A program made the translations under genes and the position numbers. From a candidate division FCPU426 bacterium (GTDB lineage: Bacteria; Oederibacteriota; Muellerivitia; Muellerivitales; Muellerivitaceae), in the NCBI GenBank assembly GCA_963719085.1, contig CAVRAL010000001.1, forward strand, positions 832,001-896,000: a DNA stretch of 64,000 nt. Direction: 5' to 3'. Of this stretch, positions 19,493 through 28,540 are shown piece after piece (the stretch's first letter is position 1; each line of letters starts with the position of its first letter). The notes below the pieces were generated by a model, which had not been told where the DNA came from, made no database searches, and saw nothing but the letters and a program-made list of their open reading frames with translations.

Positions 19493-20344
19493 TTATTCGG
19501 AAAAGAGCGTCAAACCGCCGCCCACGAGCAAGCCGACCGTGCCGCCCAAGTCCAAGCCGCCAAAGGCCTGCAATTGAACGTCGTGCCCGGTCCGAATACC
19601 CACCAAGAGAGGGGTTCCGCCCAAGCCGCCCGCCACCACCACGCCGTTGGTCGCCAATTCGGCGATACCGGTCAAATCCTTATCAAACGGATAGGCCGCG
19701 CCCAAATCCATTTGGAAGTAGGACCAGCTGCCCGAAATGCCGCCGAAGTTATAAGTCTGGATATAAAGCCCCAGCTTGCCGTTCAACTGCAAGCCGTCGG
19801 CGAAGGTATAGGTGACGACGCCATAAGGGTCAAAGCCGAAAACGCCCGAGCCCAAAGAGTTCGACAAGGGACCCACGGCGAAATCCAACCCCGCGGCGAT
19901 ATTCAGGTTCTTGTTATGTCCGACGTCCGTGAAGGCATACTTGCCGCCGAAGCCCAGGTAATTCAGGCCGCTGCCGCCGGTGACGCTGTAAAAGGCCGTG
20001 TTGACGTTGACGGTGATCTTATCGGTGATTCCGTAGCTGACGCCGAAGGGAACCTGGAATTGATTGCCCCAAGTATCAAAAGTCACGTGGGCGTTCCCGG
20101 CGATTTGTCCCTGACGCAGGACCGAAGCGGTATCAGCGAAGAAGTAACCCGGCTTCCCGGAGATATTCAAACCGGAAATCGGCATCGGCTGCCCCATGGC
20201 TTCCATGCGGGCGTGACGCTCTTCCTTCTTCACTTCTTCTTTTTTCTTTTTCTTTTTGGAGGCGGCGTCCGCCGGTCCAGCGCAAAGGCTCAAAGCCAGC
20301 GCCAAGGTCAATCCACCTAAAACCCAACGGTTCAGAAGCTTCAT
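19493..20344 (-). CDS. Hypothetical exported protein, probable outer-membrane beta-barrel
   Basis: Signal peptide, then a poly-Lys segment, then Gly/aromatic-rich amphipathic strands. Confidence 0.65.
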   Translation of the reverse strand: MKLLNRWVLGGLTLALALSLCAGPADAASKKKKKKEEVKKEERHARMEAMGQPMPISGLNISGKPGYFFADTASVLRQGQIAGNAHVTFDTWGNQFQVPFGVSYGITDKITVNVNTAFYSVTGGSGLNYLGFGGKYAFTDVGHNKNLNIAAGLDFAVGPLSNSLGSGVFGFDPYGVVTYTFADGLQLNGKLGLYIQTYNFGGISGSWSYFQMDLGAAYPFDKDLTGIAELATNGVVVAGGLGGTPLLVGIRTGHDVQLQAFGGLDLGGTVGLLVGGGLTLFSE

Positions 20345-20403
20345 AGTCGCAGTCCTCCAAAATTTTGTTCGTGCCCCACGCGAAACGGTCCCCCGGGGGT
20401 CAC

Positions 20404-22119
20404 CTATCTAGTGGGGCGCATTCTAACATAGAGTTCCTTGGCGTGGGAGCGGGAAGTTTCGGAAATAGGCTCTCCGCCGAGCATTTTCGCCAGCTCCTCG
20501 ATCCGTTCGGGTTCCGTTAAACGGCTTACCTGGACGGCCGTTAGGCCTTTTTCGACCGATTTGGAGACTTGGAAGTGCCAATCCCCCAGTCCCGCGATGG
20601 GCGCCAAATGCGAGATGCAAAGCACTTGCTTGGATTGGGAAAGCCGGTTGAGCAAATCGGCCACCGATGGGGCGGTGCGGGCGCCGACGCCGGTGTCGAT
20701 CTCATCAAAAATCAAAGTGGGGATATTATCGCTGTCCGCCAAGACGGTTTTTAGCCCCAGCATGACCCGGGAAGCCTCGCCTCCCGAAGCCACCTTGGCC
20801 AAGGGCCTTAAGGGTTCGCCCGGATTGGCGGAAAAAAGAAATTCCACCCGGTCCCAGCCCAGCGGGCTCAATTGATAAGCCGTTCCCTTTTCCACAATCG
20901 GACTGGCGGCTTCCTCGACCGGCGTGACGGAAATGGAAAGCTTCGCGTGCGGCAACCCCAGTTCTTTGAGCGATTTTTCAACTTGCGCCGAAAGGTCCTT
21001 GCCGACTTTTTCCCGTTGGCGGCTCAGCGCCTGCGCCAGGTTCTTGTAAGTTTGGGCCGCCGCCTGTATTTCCGAGGCGATCTGGGCCAACCGGCCTTCC
21101 CGGCCGGAGAGATTTTTCAACTCCTCGGCAATTTGCCGGTGGTAATTTTGAATTTCAACGAGCGTGGCCCCGTATTTTTTTTTCATCCGGTTTAAAAGAT
21201 CAATCTGGTCGGATAATTCCTGGTATTCCCCGTCGCTAAAAGCGTAGCCCTCCAGTTTATTGGCTAGTTCCAGTGAAAACTGGCTTAAGGACTCCTGCAA
21301 AGCGTCGCCTTGTTTGACCAATTCTTCCAAGCGTGGATCCAGTTTGGCGGAGTCCCGGAGGCGCGAAAGCGAGGATCCAAATAAGCCCTCGGCGCCGCCT
21401 TCGTCGGAATCCAGGGATTGTTGGGCCTCGGTTAAGTGCTTGACGATTTTTTCCGAGTGTTTGAAAAGCTGGAACTTTTGGACCATCTCGTCCTCGTTCA
21501 TGTCCAATACGCCCGAATCCTCAATTTCTTTCACTTGAAAACTCAGAAGGTCGATCCGGCGCTCGATTTGGGCCGCGTCGCCGCCCAAGTTTTTTTGCTC
21601 GTCCAGGAGCGCGGTTATTTTTTGATAGCTGTCGTTTATTTTCGGAAGCGAGGAATCCAAATGGCCGTAGTCATCGACCAGCTGGCGGTGTTTGGAAATG
21701 TTAAAGATGGCCTGGTGCTCGTGCTGGCCGTGGATGTCGACGAGCTGATCGCCCAATTCCTCAATCATGGCGGCGGTGGCCATCTCACCGTTGATATAGC
21801 TTCGGGTTTTGCCTGAGGAGCGGGTGAACTCGCGCTTCACCACCAATTCCCCGTCCCGGACCTCAATGCCCCGTTCCCTTATTTTCGCCAGGACCGGATG
21901 TTTGGCCGGAAGATGGAAAAGCGCCTCGACCAGGGCCCGTTCCTCGCCCTGGCGCAGCATGTCGAGCTTGATCCGGTCCCCCAACAAAAAATGCAGGGCA
22001 TCCACGATGAGGGACTTGCCCGCGCCGGTCTCGCCGGTCATCACGTTGAAACCGGGGCCGAATTCCAAGGCCGCCGAATCCACAATGGCGAAATTTTTAA
22101 TTGAGATTTGCCTTAACAA
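20404..22119 (-). CDS. recN: DNA repair protein RecN
   Basis: TGETGAGKS, DIHGQHEHQ, ASGGEASR, IFDEIDTG and CISHL. Confidence 0.96.
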   Translation of the reverse strand: MLRQISIKNFAIVDSAALEFGPGFNVMTGETGAGKSLIVDALHFLLGDRIKLDMLRQGEERALVEALFHLPAKHPVLAKIRERGIEVRDGELVVKREFTRSSGKTRSYINGEMATAAMIEELGDQLVDIHGQHEHQAIFNISKHRQLVDDYGHLDSSLPKINDSYQKITALLDEQKNLGGDAAQIERRIDLLSFQVKEIEDSGVLDMNEDEMVQKFQLFKHSEKIVKHLTEAQQSLDSDEGGAEGLFGSSLSRLRDSAKLDPRLEELVKQGDALQESLSQFSLELANKLEGYAFSDGEYQELSDQIDLLNRMKKKYGATLVEIQNYHRQIAEELKNLSGREGRLAQIASEIQAAAQTYKNLAQALSRQREKVGKDLSAQVEKSLKELGLPHAKLSISVTPVEEAASPIVEKGTAYQLSPLGWDRVEFLFSANPGEPLRPLAKVASGGEASRVMLGLKTVLADSDNIPTLIFDEIDTGVGARTAPSVADLLNRLSQSKQVLCISHLAPIAGLGDWHFQVSKSVEKGLTAVQVSRLTEPERIEELAKMLGGEPISETSRSHAKELYVRMRPTR

Positions 22120-22120
22120 G

Positions 22121-23044
22121 TCAGCCTCTCTCGCTTGAGTCTTGGCGGCGCGCCTGCAGTAAATAAGTGGCTTCCGCCCCCAATAAAATAATCACCCAGG
22201 AGAGATAAAACCACAACAAGATGACCGGAATCATCCAAAGGGCGCCGTAAATATTGGAATGGGAGACGATGTTGACCGCATACCAGGTGATCAGCCTTCG
22301 GCCCGTCTCGATCAAAAACGCCGTCACGGCCCCCGCCAAAAGGGCCGGACGCCAGGCCACCTTCGTGTTGGGGATGCAAAGATACATGGCCGCGCAAATC
22401 AGGCCCAGTAAAAGATAAGGCACCAGGGTGGTGAAGAGCCAGTGGTGAAAGCCCGGAGACAGCCAGCTTTCCCGCGCCATCCAGGTTTCCAGGCTTAAAA
22501 CCGTGATGGCCGCCAAGGGCGCTCCGATCAACAAAATCCCGTGGCGCAGGATTTGGGCATGAAGCGCCCGCTTGTCCCCCACTTCCCACAAAATGTTGAA
22601 TGAATGCTCCACGTCGCGCATCAAAAGCAAAAGCACCACGAAAAAAGCCGCCAAGCCCAATAGGCCCACCTTGGCCGAATGGGCCGCGAAGCGCTGAACG
22701 GAAGCCCGGATCTGGTCTTTGGCGACCTGGTTCAACCGCTGGATGCCCTTATGCTCGCCGGCGTCCAGATTCAAACTGGAGTCGTCGACGGGATAAATCA
22801 GGTCCACGATCTTGTTCACGAATTGCTCCCGCTGGTCGGCGAAGCTGTCGGCGGATAAGACCGCCATGCTGATGGCCAGGGCCGGAACGAGGGCCAAAAG
22901 GGTTTTAAAGGCCAGCGAGCTGGCGTAAAGCCTTTTGCGGCCGCGGATCAATTGCTTGGCCAGGGTCAATAGCCGGCGCGGGCTCAAGGGAGCGGGCTTA
23001 GGGGCGTGGGAAAAATGCCGGTCGCTCGATCGGAAATGTTTCAA
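22121..23044 (-). CDS. YihY/BrkB family membrane protein
   Basis: ASSLAFKTLLALVP, FNILWEV, IPNTKV and IYGALWMIPVILLWFYLSWVIILLGAE. Confidence 0.88.
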   Translation of the reverse strand: MKHFRSSDRHFSHAPKPAPLSPRRLLTLAKQLIRGRKRLYASSLAFKTLLALVPALAISMAVLSADSFADQREQFVNKIVDLIYPVDDSSLNLDAGEHKGIQRLNQVAKDQIRASVQRFAAHSAKVGLLGLAAFFVVLLLLMRDVEHSFNILWEVGDKRALHAQILRHGILLIGAPLAAITVLSLETWMARESWLSPGFHHWLFTTLVPYLLLGLICAAMYLCIPNTKVAWRPALLAGAVTAFLIETGRRLITWYAVNIVSHSNIYGALWMIPVILLWFYLSWVIILLGAEATYLLQARRQDSSERG

Positions 23045-23133
23045 GCTGTCTCCATTGGTTTTTAAAGCTCGAGTTACTTGTCGTTACATTAATTGGAACT
23101 ATGGACCTAGCAAACTCGTGAAGATTTTAGTTT

Positions 23134-23228
23134 TTCTCCTTTTCCCTTGAGGGGAGAAGGTCGGGATGAGGGTGATTCCATTAAGGCTTACCGCTCACCC
23201 TGACCCTCTCCCTCAAAGGGAGAGGGAA
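23134..23228. repeat. Inverted pair of purine/pyrimidine-biased palindromic units (BoxC-like)
   Basis: ctccttttcccttgaggggagaaggtcgggatgaggg ... ctcaccctgaccctctccctcaaagggagaggga. Each unit is itself a hairpin. Confidence 0.75.
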
Positions 23229-23285
23229 ATTATTTTAAATGGGTTTGCCGGGCGTTTTGTTCATTATTAATTTATCCCGAAAAAT

Positions 23286-23320
23286 AAAAAAGCCCCCGAA
23301 CCTTGCGGTTCAGGGGCTTT
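23286..23320 (-). terminator. Rho-independent terminator of the cold-shock gene
   Basis: Minus strand reads aaagcccctgaaccgcaaggttcgggggctttttt. Confidence 0.85.
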
Positions 23321-23343
23321 CGAAGCTTAAAATCTAATTGAAA

Positions 23344-23544
23344 TTAGATTTTGCGAACGTTTTCGGCTTTCAAACCTTTGTCACCGCGGGCAACTTCGAA
23401 TTCCACGCGATCACCCTCGTTCAGGCTCTTGAATCCATCCGACTGAATGGCCGAGAAGTGAACAAATACATCTTCACCACCGTCCTGGGAAATGAAACCA
23501 AAACCTTTTTCATTCTTAAACCACTTCACTGTACCTTGTGCCAT
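23344..23544 (-). CDS. Cold-shock protein (CspA family)
   Basis: GTVKWF, KGFGFI and DVFVHFSAI. Confidence 0.97.
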   Translation of the reverse strand: MAQGTVKWFKNEKGFGFISQDGGEDVFVHFSAIQSDGFKSLNEGDRVEFEVARGDKGLKAENVRKI

Positions 23545-23740
23545 TGCTGTAAAACCTCTACTCTTCTAAAAATTTAAAATCTTCCTTTCGGCGTAAAGCC
23601 TTAGGAAGCCGTTATCATACAAGAATTAGCGAAAATGTGAAGAAATTAATCAACAAATTTCAGTCTTTTCCGTTGAAAACGCTGTCGAAAGGGTAAGAAC
23701 CGGGGGGCTCGTCTTCAAGGCCATCGCCTAAAAATAGGCC

Positions 23741-26700
23741 CTAGACCTTCGTCAGATCTTTATTGACCGGCGCGGGCTTATAGGCTTGGGGAATCTCCTG
23801 GCCGGATAATATCTGCTCGGCTTGGGACTTCGCCCGTTCCATTTTGGGGTAACGGACCGCCCGGTAGCCCCGGACTTCCTCCGGCAGGGATAAAACGCGG
23901 ACCCAGCGGTCATATTGCTCCGGATTTTTGAACTCAAACCGGTCGACCAAGGCCTCATACCAGCTCCGGAAGGCCTTTTCTTTCTCGTGCCAGGTCGGAA
24001 GCAGGCGGCGCAGGAATTTCATGTGCTTCATTCCGTTCAACATCCAGTCCCGGGTTTTCATGTCGAAGACAATCTTTAAACCGAAGAGGTCAAACTCAGG
24101 CCGGTTGAAATGGCGGTACTTGATCTTGTCGCCGGAGGTCAAATCGACCTTATAACGGGCGGCGTCTTTCTCGTACTTTTCGGGGCTGGTCAAAAGATGG
24201 GCCACATAAACCTCATCCTTGATTTCCATGACCTTATGCAGATATTTCACCACGGCCTGGGTGGCCGCCCAGTTCCCCGCTGCGCTGTCCTTTTTAAAGA
24301 CGGCCAAGACCCGGTCCAAATAACGGCGGGCATAGGCGGCGTTCTCGAATTCGAACAAGTCATAAAGCCGGCTGACGAATTGCTCGCGGGTATCGTCGTC
24401 CCCGGTCCAAATCGACAGGAACTCCTCGGTCATTTTCAAATAAGTCTTGGCGCGCGAGCCGCCCAAGAGTTTGGCTTTCTTTTGGGTGACCTCTTCCAAG
24501 CTGAGGCGCACCGCCACATTGTATTTTTCAGGATGCAGGACCAAATCCCGTCCCAAATGGAACGCGTCAATATTGTGCTTGGCGGCGCTGGGGCTGAAAT
24601 TATCCTTCACGGACTCGATCAGCTCGCTCAAGGTCAAGGGCAGGAGGCCTTTTTGGAAAGCCACGCCCAAGAGCAGGATGTTCACGAACACCTTGTTGCC
24701 CAGGTAATGCTCGGCAATGTCGCACATGTCGGCGCCGAAATAATCCAGCGCGTGTTTTTGGAACAACTCCGCCAATTGGGACGGCGTAAAATCGTCCTTG
24801 CCTAACAGGCTCAGGATGGTATGGGTCTTGTGGGTGTTGATGACCGAATGGGTTTTTCCCTTGGAGCCGATCCTAAACTGCATCTTGGGGTCCAGGCCCC
24901 GCGCGGCCTCCAGGATATCCAGGCCTAAAAGCAGGTCGACCTTGCCCTGGGGCATGAGCGGTGAGACCACTTTTTTATTTTTGGAGTAGGTGATCTGGGA
25001 ATAGACCCCGCCGTTGCGGATGGCGATTCCCTTTTTATCGCAAAAGGTCACGTGATAGCCGTGCTTCAAGGCGGCCCGCACCAAAACCGCGGTGGAGCTT
25101 CCGATCCCCATGCCCCCCACCCCGGCGATATAGCCGCGCCAATCCTCGTCAAACTCGTAAGGCTTGGGCTCCGGCAGGGTCGAGGGATCGGGCAATTTCA
25201 GCGCGGCCGGTTTGTGGGTGCGGACGATGGTCAGTTCCTCGAAGGCCGGGCAGGCCTTCACCCGGGTACAGGCCATATCGGACACGCAATAGGAAAGGTC
25301 GGTCGACATTTTCGGGCCGTAAAGGCTGGGCTCAATAGCCAGTCCCGGGCAGCCCGTCAAGCGGGTGCATTCCAAGCAGTATTCACAGGTGTGGTCGTTG
25401 ACGTTGATGCGCTTTTGCTCGGGCAGGTAGCCCAGCTTGGCCTTTTCCCGGCTCAATTCTTTTCGTTTGCGGCGGTGGAAGGTGATGCCGCATTCCTTGT
25501 CGGCGATGATGAATTTCACCCCGTCTTCCAAAAGCATGTCCTCTAAAATTTGGCGGTAATCTTCCCGGTTTTCGGGGTTGATGCGGGCGATGGAGACATT
25601 GTCCCCTTTGGTGAAACCCTGCAGGACCGTTTCAATATCCTGGCCGAAGGTGGGATTGCCCATCAGGTCCTCGTCCATGCCCGGATTGGGCTGGTGGCCC
25701 GTCATGGCGGTGGTTTTGTTGTCCAACACGACGTAAAGCACGTCCTGGTTGTTTTTAATCGAGTCGGAGACCTCCGCCAGCCCTGAGTGGAAAAAGGTCG
25801 AGTCGCCGATGAAGCAAACCGATTTGTTCGTGGAAAAAGGCGAAAGCCCCGCGCCCGTTCCCCCGCCCAAACCCATGCCGATATAGTTGTGCATCAAGGG
25901 GCCGTTCGGCGGCATGAACAAAAGCACGTAACAGCCCGCGTCCCCGTGGAACAAAATGTCCAGCGGCTTGCTCTTGTGCTTCTTTTTCATGTAAACGGGA
26001 TCTTTGAAATCAGCGACCAATTGCAGGAATACCGAGGAAGAATCCCGGTGCGGACAGCCCGGGCAGAAAGACGGCGTGCGGGCCGGAATGGAAACCTCAA
26101 TTTTTTCCAAGCTATCCAGGAAGGCAATTTCTTTTTTTACCTGGGCGGTGGAAACCTCGAACTCCTCGAACAAAGGCGCCAAGGTGCGCATCACGACAGC
26201 CGGGCTCAAACCTTGATCGGTCGGGAATCCTTTTAAATCATCCGGGAACGATTTTCCCCAGACGGTCGGCATTTCCTTAATCTCGCCGGCCTGATACATA
26301 TCCATGGCGATGTTGCGCACTTGGGATTCGATGAAGCGGCGTTTTTCCTCGGCGACCACCAGGGTGGTGGAGTGTTTCAGGATTTCTTTGATGGCTTCCG
26401 GATCCACGGGATACGACATGCCGAGTTTCAGGATGGGAAACTGGCCCGACATCCCGAATTCGGAAAGGGCTTGGATTAAATAAGTGTAAGAAGCCCCCGC
26501 GGTGATGAAAGCGAAAGGCGATTTCTTTTTGCCCGGGAAAATTTGGTTGATTCCCTTTTTGCGGACGGCCTCTAAAAGCCTGGGGAATTTGACATGGATG
26601 GCTTCTTTTTCCAGCGGCACCGTATGGGGCGGCAATACGATGGAATGTTTCACGTCGATCAAAGAGCTGTCGATGGTCGTTTTGTTCAGGGTCGAAAAAC

Positions 26701-27286
26701 CCTTGGGCGGCTGGTTGGGATAAACCTCCACGCTGCCGCCGCCTTCGGCGGTATAGGTGATCAACAGGTAAGCGATAAAAAGGTCGGCTTCCTCGGACAG
26801 CTCAAAAGCCACCTTCATCCAATCCTTGATTTCTTGGAAAGTGGAAGGCTCCAGCACGGGGATAAACAAATGATCGGATAAACGCCGGGAATCCACCGGC
26901 ACTTGGGTGGTATCGCTCCAGGGATCATCTCCGATGACGATGACGCCGGCCCCTTGGTGGTCTTTCTTGGCCAAGCTTCCGGCCACCAGCGCGTCGGCGG
27001 CCACATGGAAACCCACGGACTTCATCACGGTCACGGCCCGGAGGCCGGCCATTTGGGCGCCGTTGAGCCGGGCGGCCGAGAGCGCTTCGTTATTGGCGAT
27101 TTGGGCCAGGACGCCCGTTTGCTTGAGATAAGGCGCGGCGTTGGCGGCTGCCTCAAAAACATCAGCCACCGGCGAACCGGGATAGCCCGTCAAAAGGGCC
27201 ATGCCGGCTTCCAAACCGCCTTTTAAAATGAGTTCATTGCCGGTGTAGGTTTCAATGCCGGCTTCTTTTGTAAATCGTGGGTCCAT
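23741..27286 (-). CDS. Indolepyruvate:ferredoxin oxidoreductase family, fused alpha+beta
   Basis: GYPGSP, FCPGCPH, GDSTFFHSG, TAMTGHQ, ferredoxin CEYCLEC, AGVGGMG, KDEVYVAHL and EVRGY. Confidence 0.9.
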   Translation of the reverse strand: MDPRFTKEAGIETYTGNELILKGGLEAGMALLTGYPGSPVADVFEAAANAAPYLKQTGVLAQIANNEALSAARLNGAQMAGLRAVTVMKSVGFHVAADALVAGSLAKKDHQGAGVIVIGDDPWSDTTQVPVDSRRLSDHLFIPVLEPSTFQEIKDWMKVAFELSEEADLFIAYLLITYTAEGGGSVEVYPNQPPKGFSTLNKTTIDSSLIDVKHSIVLPPHTVPLEKEAIHVKFPRLLEAVRKKGINQIFPGKKKSPFAFITAGASYTYLIQALSEFGMSGQFPILKLGMSYPVDPEAIKEILKHSTTLVVAEEKRRFIESQVRNIAMDMYQAGEIKEMPTVWGKSFPDDLKGFPTDQGLSPAVVMRTLAPLFEEFEVSTAQVKKEIAFLDSLEKIEVSIPARTPSFCPGCPHRDSSSVFLQLVADFKDPVYMKKKHKSKPLDILFHGDAGCYVLLFMPPNGPLMHNYIGMGLGGGTGAGLSPFSTNKSVCFIGDSTFFHSGLAEVSDSIKNNQDVLYVVLDNKTTAMTGHQPNPGMDEDLMGNPTFGQDIETVLQGFTKGDNVSIARINPENREDYRQILEDMLLEDGVKFIIADKECGITFHRRKRKELSREKAKLGYLPEQKRINVNDHTCEYCLECTRLTGCPGLAIEPSLYGPKMSTDLSYCVSDMACTRVKACPAFEELTIVRTHKPAALKLPDPSTLPEPKPYEFDEDWRGYIAGVGGMGIGSSTAVLVRAALKHGYHVTFCDKKGIAIRNGGVYSQITYSKNKKVVSPLMPQGKVDLLLGLDILEAARGLDPKMQFRIGSKGKTHSVINTHKTHTILSLLGKDDFTPSQLAELFQKHALDYFGADMCDIAEHYLGNKVFVNILLLGVAFQKGLLPLTLSELIESVKDNFSPSAAKHNIDAFHLGRDLVLHPEKYNVAVRLSLEEVTQKKAKLLGGSRAKTYLKMTEEFLSIWTGDDDTREQFVSRLYDLFEFENAAYARRYLDRVLAVFKKDSAAGNWAATQAVVKYLHKVMEIKDEVYVAHLLTSPEKYEKDAARYKVDLTSGDKIKYRHFNRPEFDLFGLKIVFDMKTRDWMLNGMKHMKFLRRLLPTWHEKEKAFRSWYEALVDRFEFKNPEQYDRWVRVLSLPEEVRGYRAVRYPKMERAKSQAEQILSGQEIPQAYKPAPVNKDLTKV

Positions 27287-27350
27287 GAACTAGTTAACTT
27301 ACCTTTCCGGTTGGGATAAATCAATAAGACAAAATTCCTAAAAAACAAAC

Positions 27351-27463
27351 CCTTTTTCACCGCCAAGACGCCAAGTAAGACAAAAACCAATTGGGTTTTA
27401 AATCAATTTTGAGTTCTTTTTAAATCCGTTCTTGGCGAACTTGGCGTCTTGGCGGTGAAAAGG
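27351..27463. repeat. Family A palindromic element, intergenic
   Basis: cctttttcaccgccaagacgccaag ... cttggcgaacttggcgtcttggcggtgaaaagg. Confidence 0.9.
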
Positions 27464-27477
27464 TTTTGACTTACGTT

Positions 27478-28539
27478 TTAAATCAGCGGCAAAGGATTAA
27501 TCGCTTTTCCGTTGCGCCTGATTTCAAAATGCAGATGCGGTCCCGTGGCGTGGCCGGTGGAGCCGACCTTGCCGATCAATTGCCCGCGTTTCACTTTTTG
27601 TCCCACCGTGACCAAGATCTCTGAGAGGTGGCCGTAGTAAGTGTTATAGACCTTGTTGTGATGGATGATGATCAAGTTGCCGTAGCCTCCCGCGACGCCC
27701 GCGAAGGCCACCCGGCCGTTGGCGGCGGCGAAAACCGTTTTTCCAAAGCTGGCCCTGAAATCCAATCCCGTATGAAACTCCCGCTTGCCGTTGATCGGGT
27801 CGATCCGCCATCCAAATCCGGAAGTGATGGCCTCGCCGCCTTTGGTGAAAGGCACGCCGAAAAATCCGCGCTTGTCGAAATAGTCCTGCCATTCCTTGGC
27901 CATGCGGAGCGGATGCGCGTCCGGAATGAAAAGGACGTCCCCGGGTTTAATTCCCCGCCACCAATGGATCCGGTTTTCCTGATGGAGGATTTTGGGGTCC
28001 ACGTGGTAAGCGGCGGCGATCCTCGCCAGGGTGTCCCCCGGATAAACCATGTGCAGGACGCCTTTTCGGGAAAGGAGCAAAACATTCAACCCGATATGGG
28101 CCTTGAAAGGCAGGGTCGGATTGGCCCCGATGAGCGTGTAAAGATTGATGCCGTTGTCGTTGGCCACCGTCCAATAATTGTCGGTGACGTCCAATTTATA
28201 GGGGGTGACCACGACGGTTTTGGATAAGAGGCGGTTGAGAACGATGGTTTGGGGGGTGCTGTCGATCAAGTCCGAAGGGGCGGGTTCGGGTGTCGGGGTC
28301 GAAAGATTGCCGGTGCCGGGAACGCTGGCCATAGGAGCGGTGGTCGCGACGACCGTGGGGACGCCCGCTTCCTCAGCGTCCTCATCAACCGCGCCGGGCG
28401 TAATCAGGATTCTTTCGCTGAGCGCGTTTTGGCGGGTCACTTGAAAATGATGGATGGCGGCATAGCTGATCGTAAAGAACGCGAAAGCGCCGATCGTGGC
28501 TGCCAATATCTTCAAACGGCGGTTGGGCACAAACTTCAT
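27478..28539 (-). CDS. LysM domain plus M23 peptidase
   Basis: VYPGDTLARIAAAYHV (LysM); HTGLD, GYGN, YGHL and TGPHLHFE. Confidence 0.92.
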   Translation of the reverse strand: MKFVPNRRLKILAATIGAFAFFTISYAAIHHFQVTRQNALSERILITPGAVDEDAEEAGVPTVVATTAPMASVPGTGNLSTPTPEPAPSDLIDSTPQTIVLNRLLSKTVVVTPYKLDVTDNYWTVANDNGINLYTLIGANPTLPFKAHIGLNVLLLSRKGVLHMVYPGDTLARIAAAYHVDPKILHQENRIHWWRGIKPGDVLFIPDAHPLRMAKEWQDYFDKRGFFGVPFTKGGEAITSGFGWRIDPINGKREFHTGLDFRASFGKTVFAAANGRVAFAGVAGGYGNLIIIHHNKVYNTYYGHLSEILVTVGQKVKRGQLIGKVGSTGHATGPHLHFEIRRNGKAINPLPLI

Positions 28540-28540
28540 T

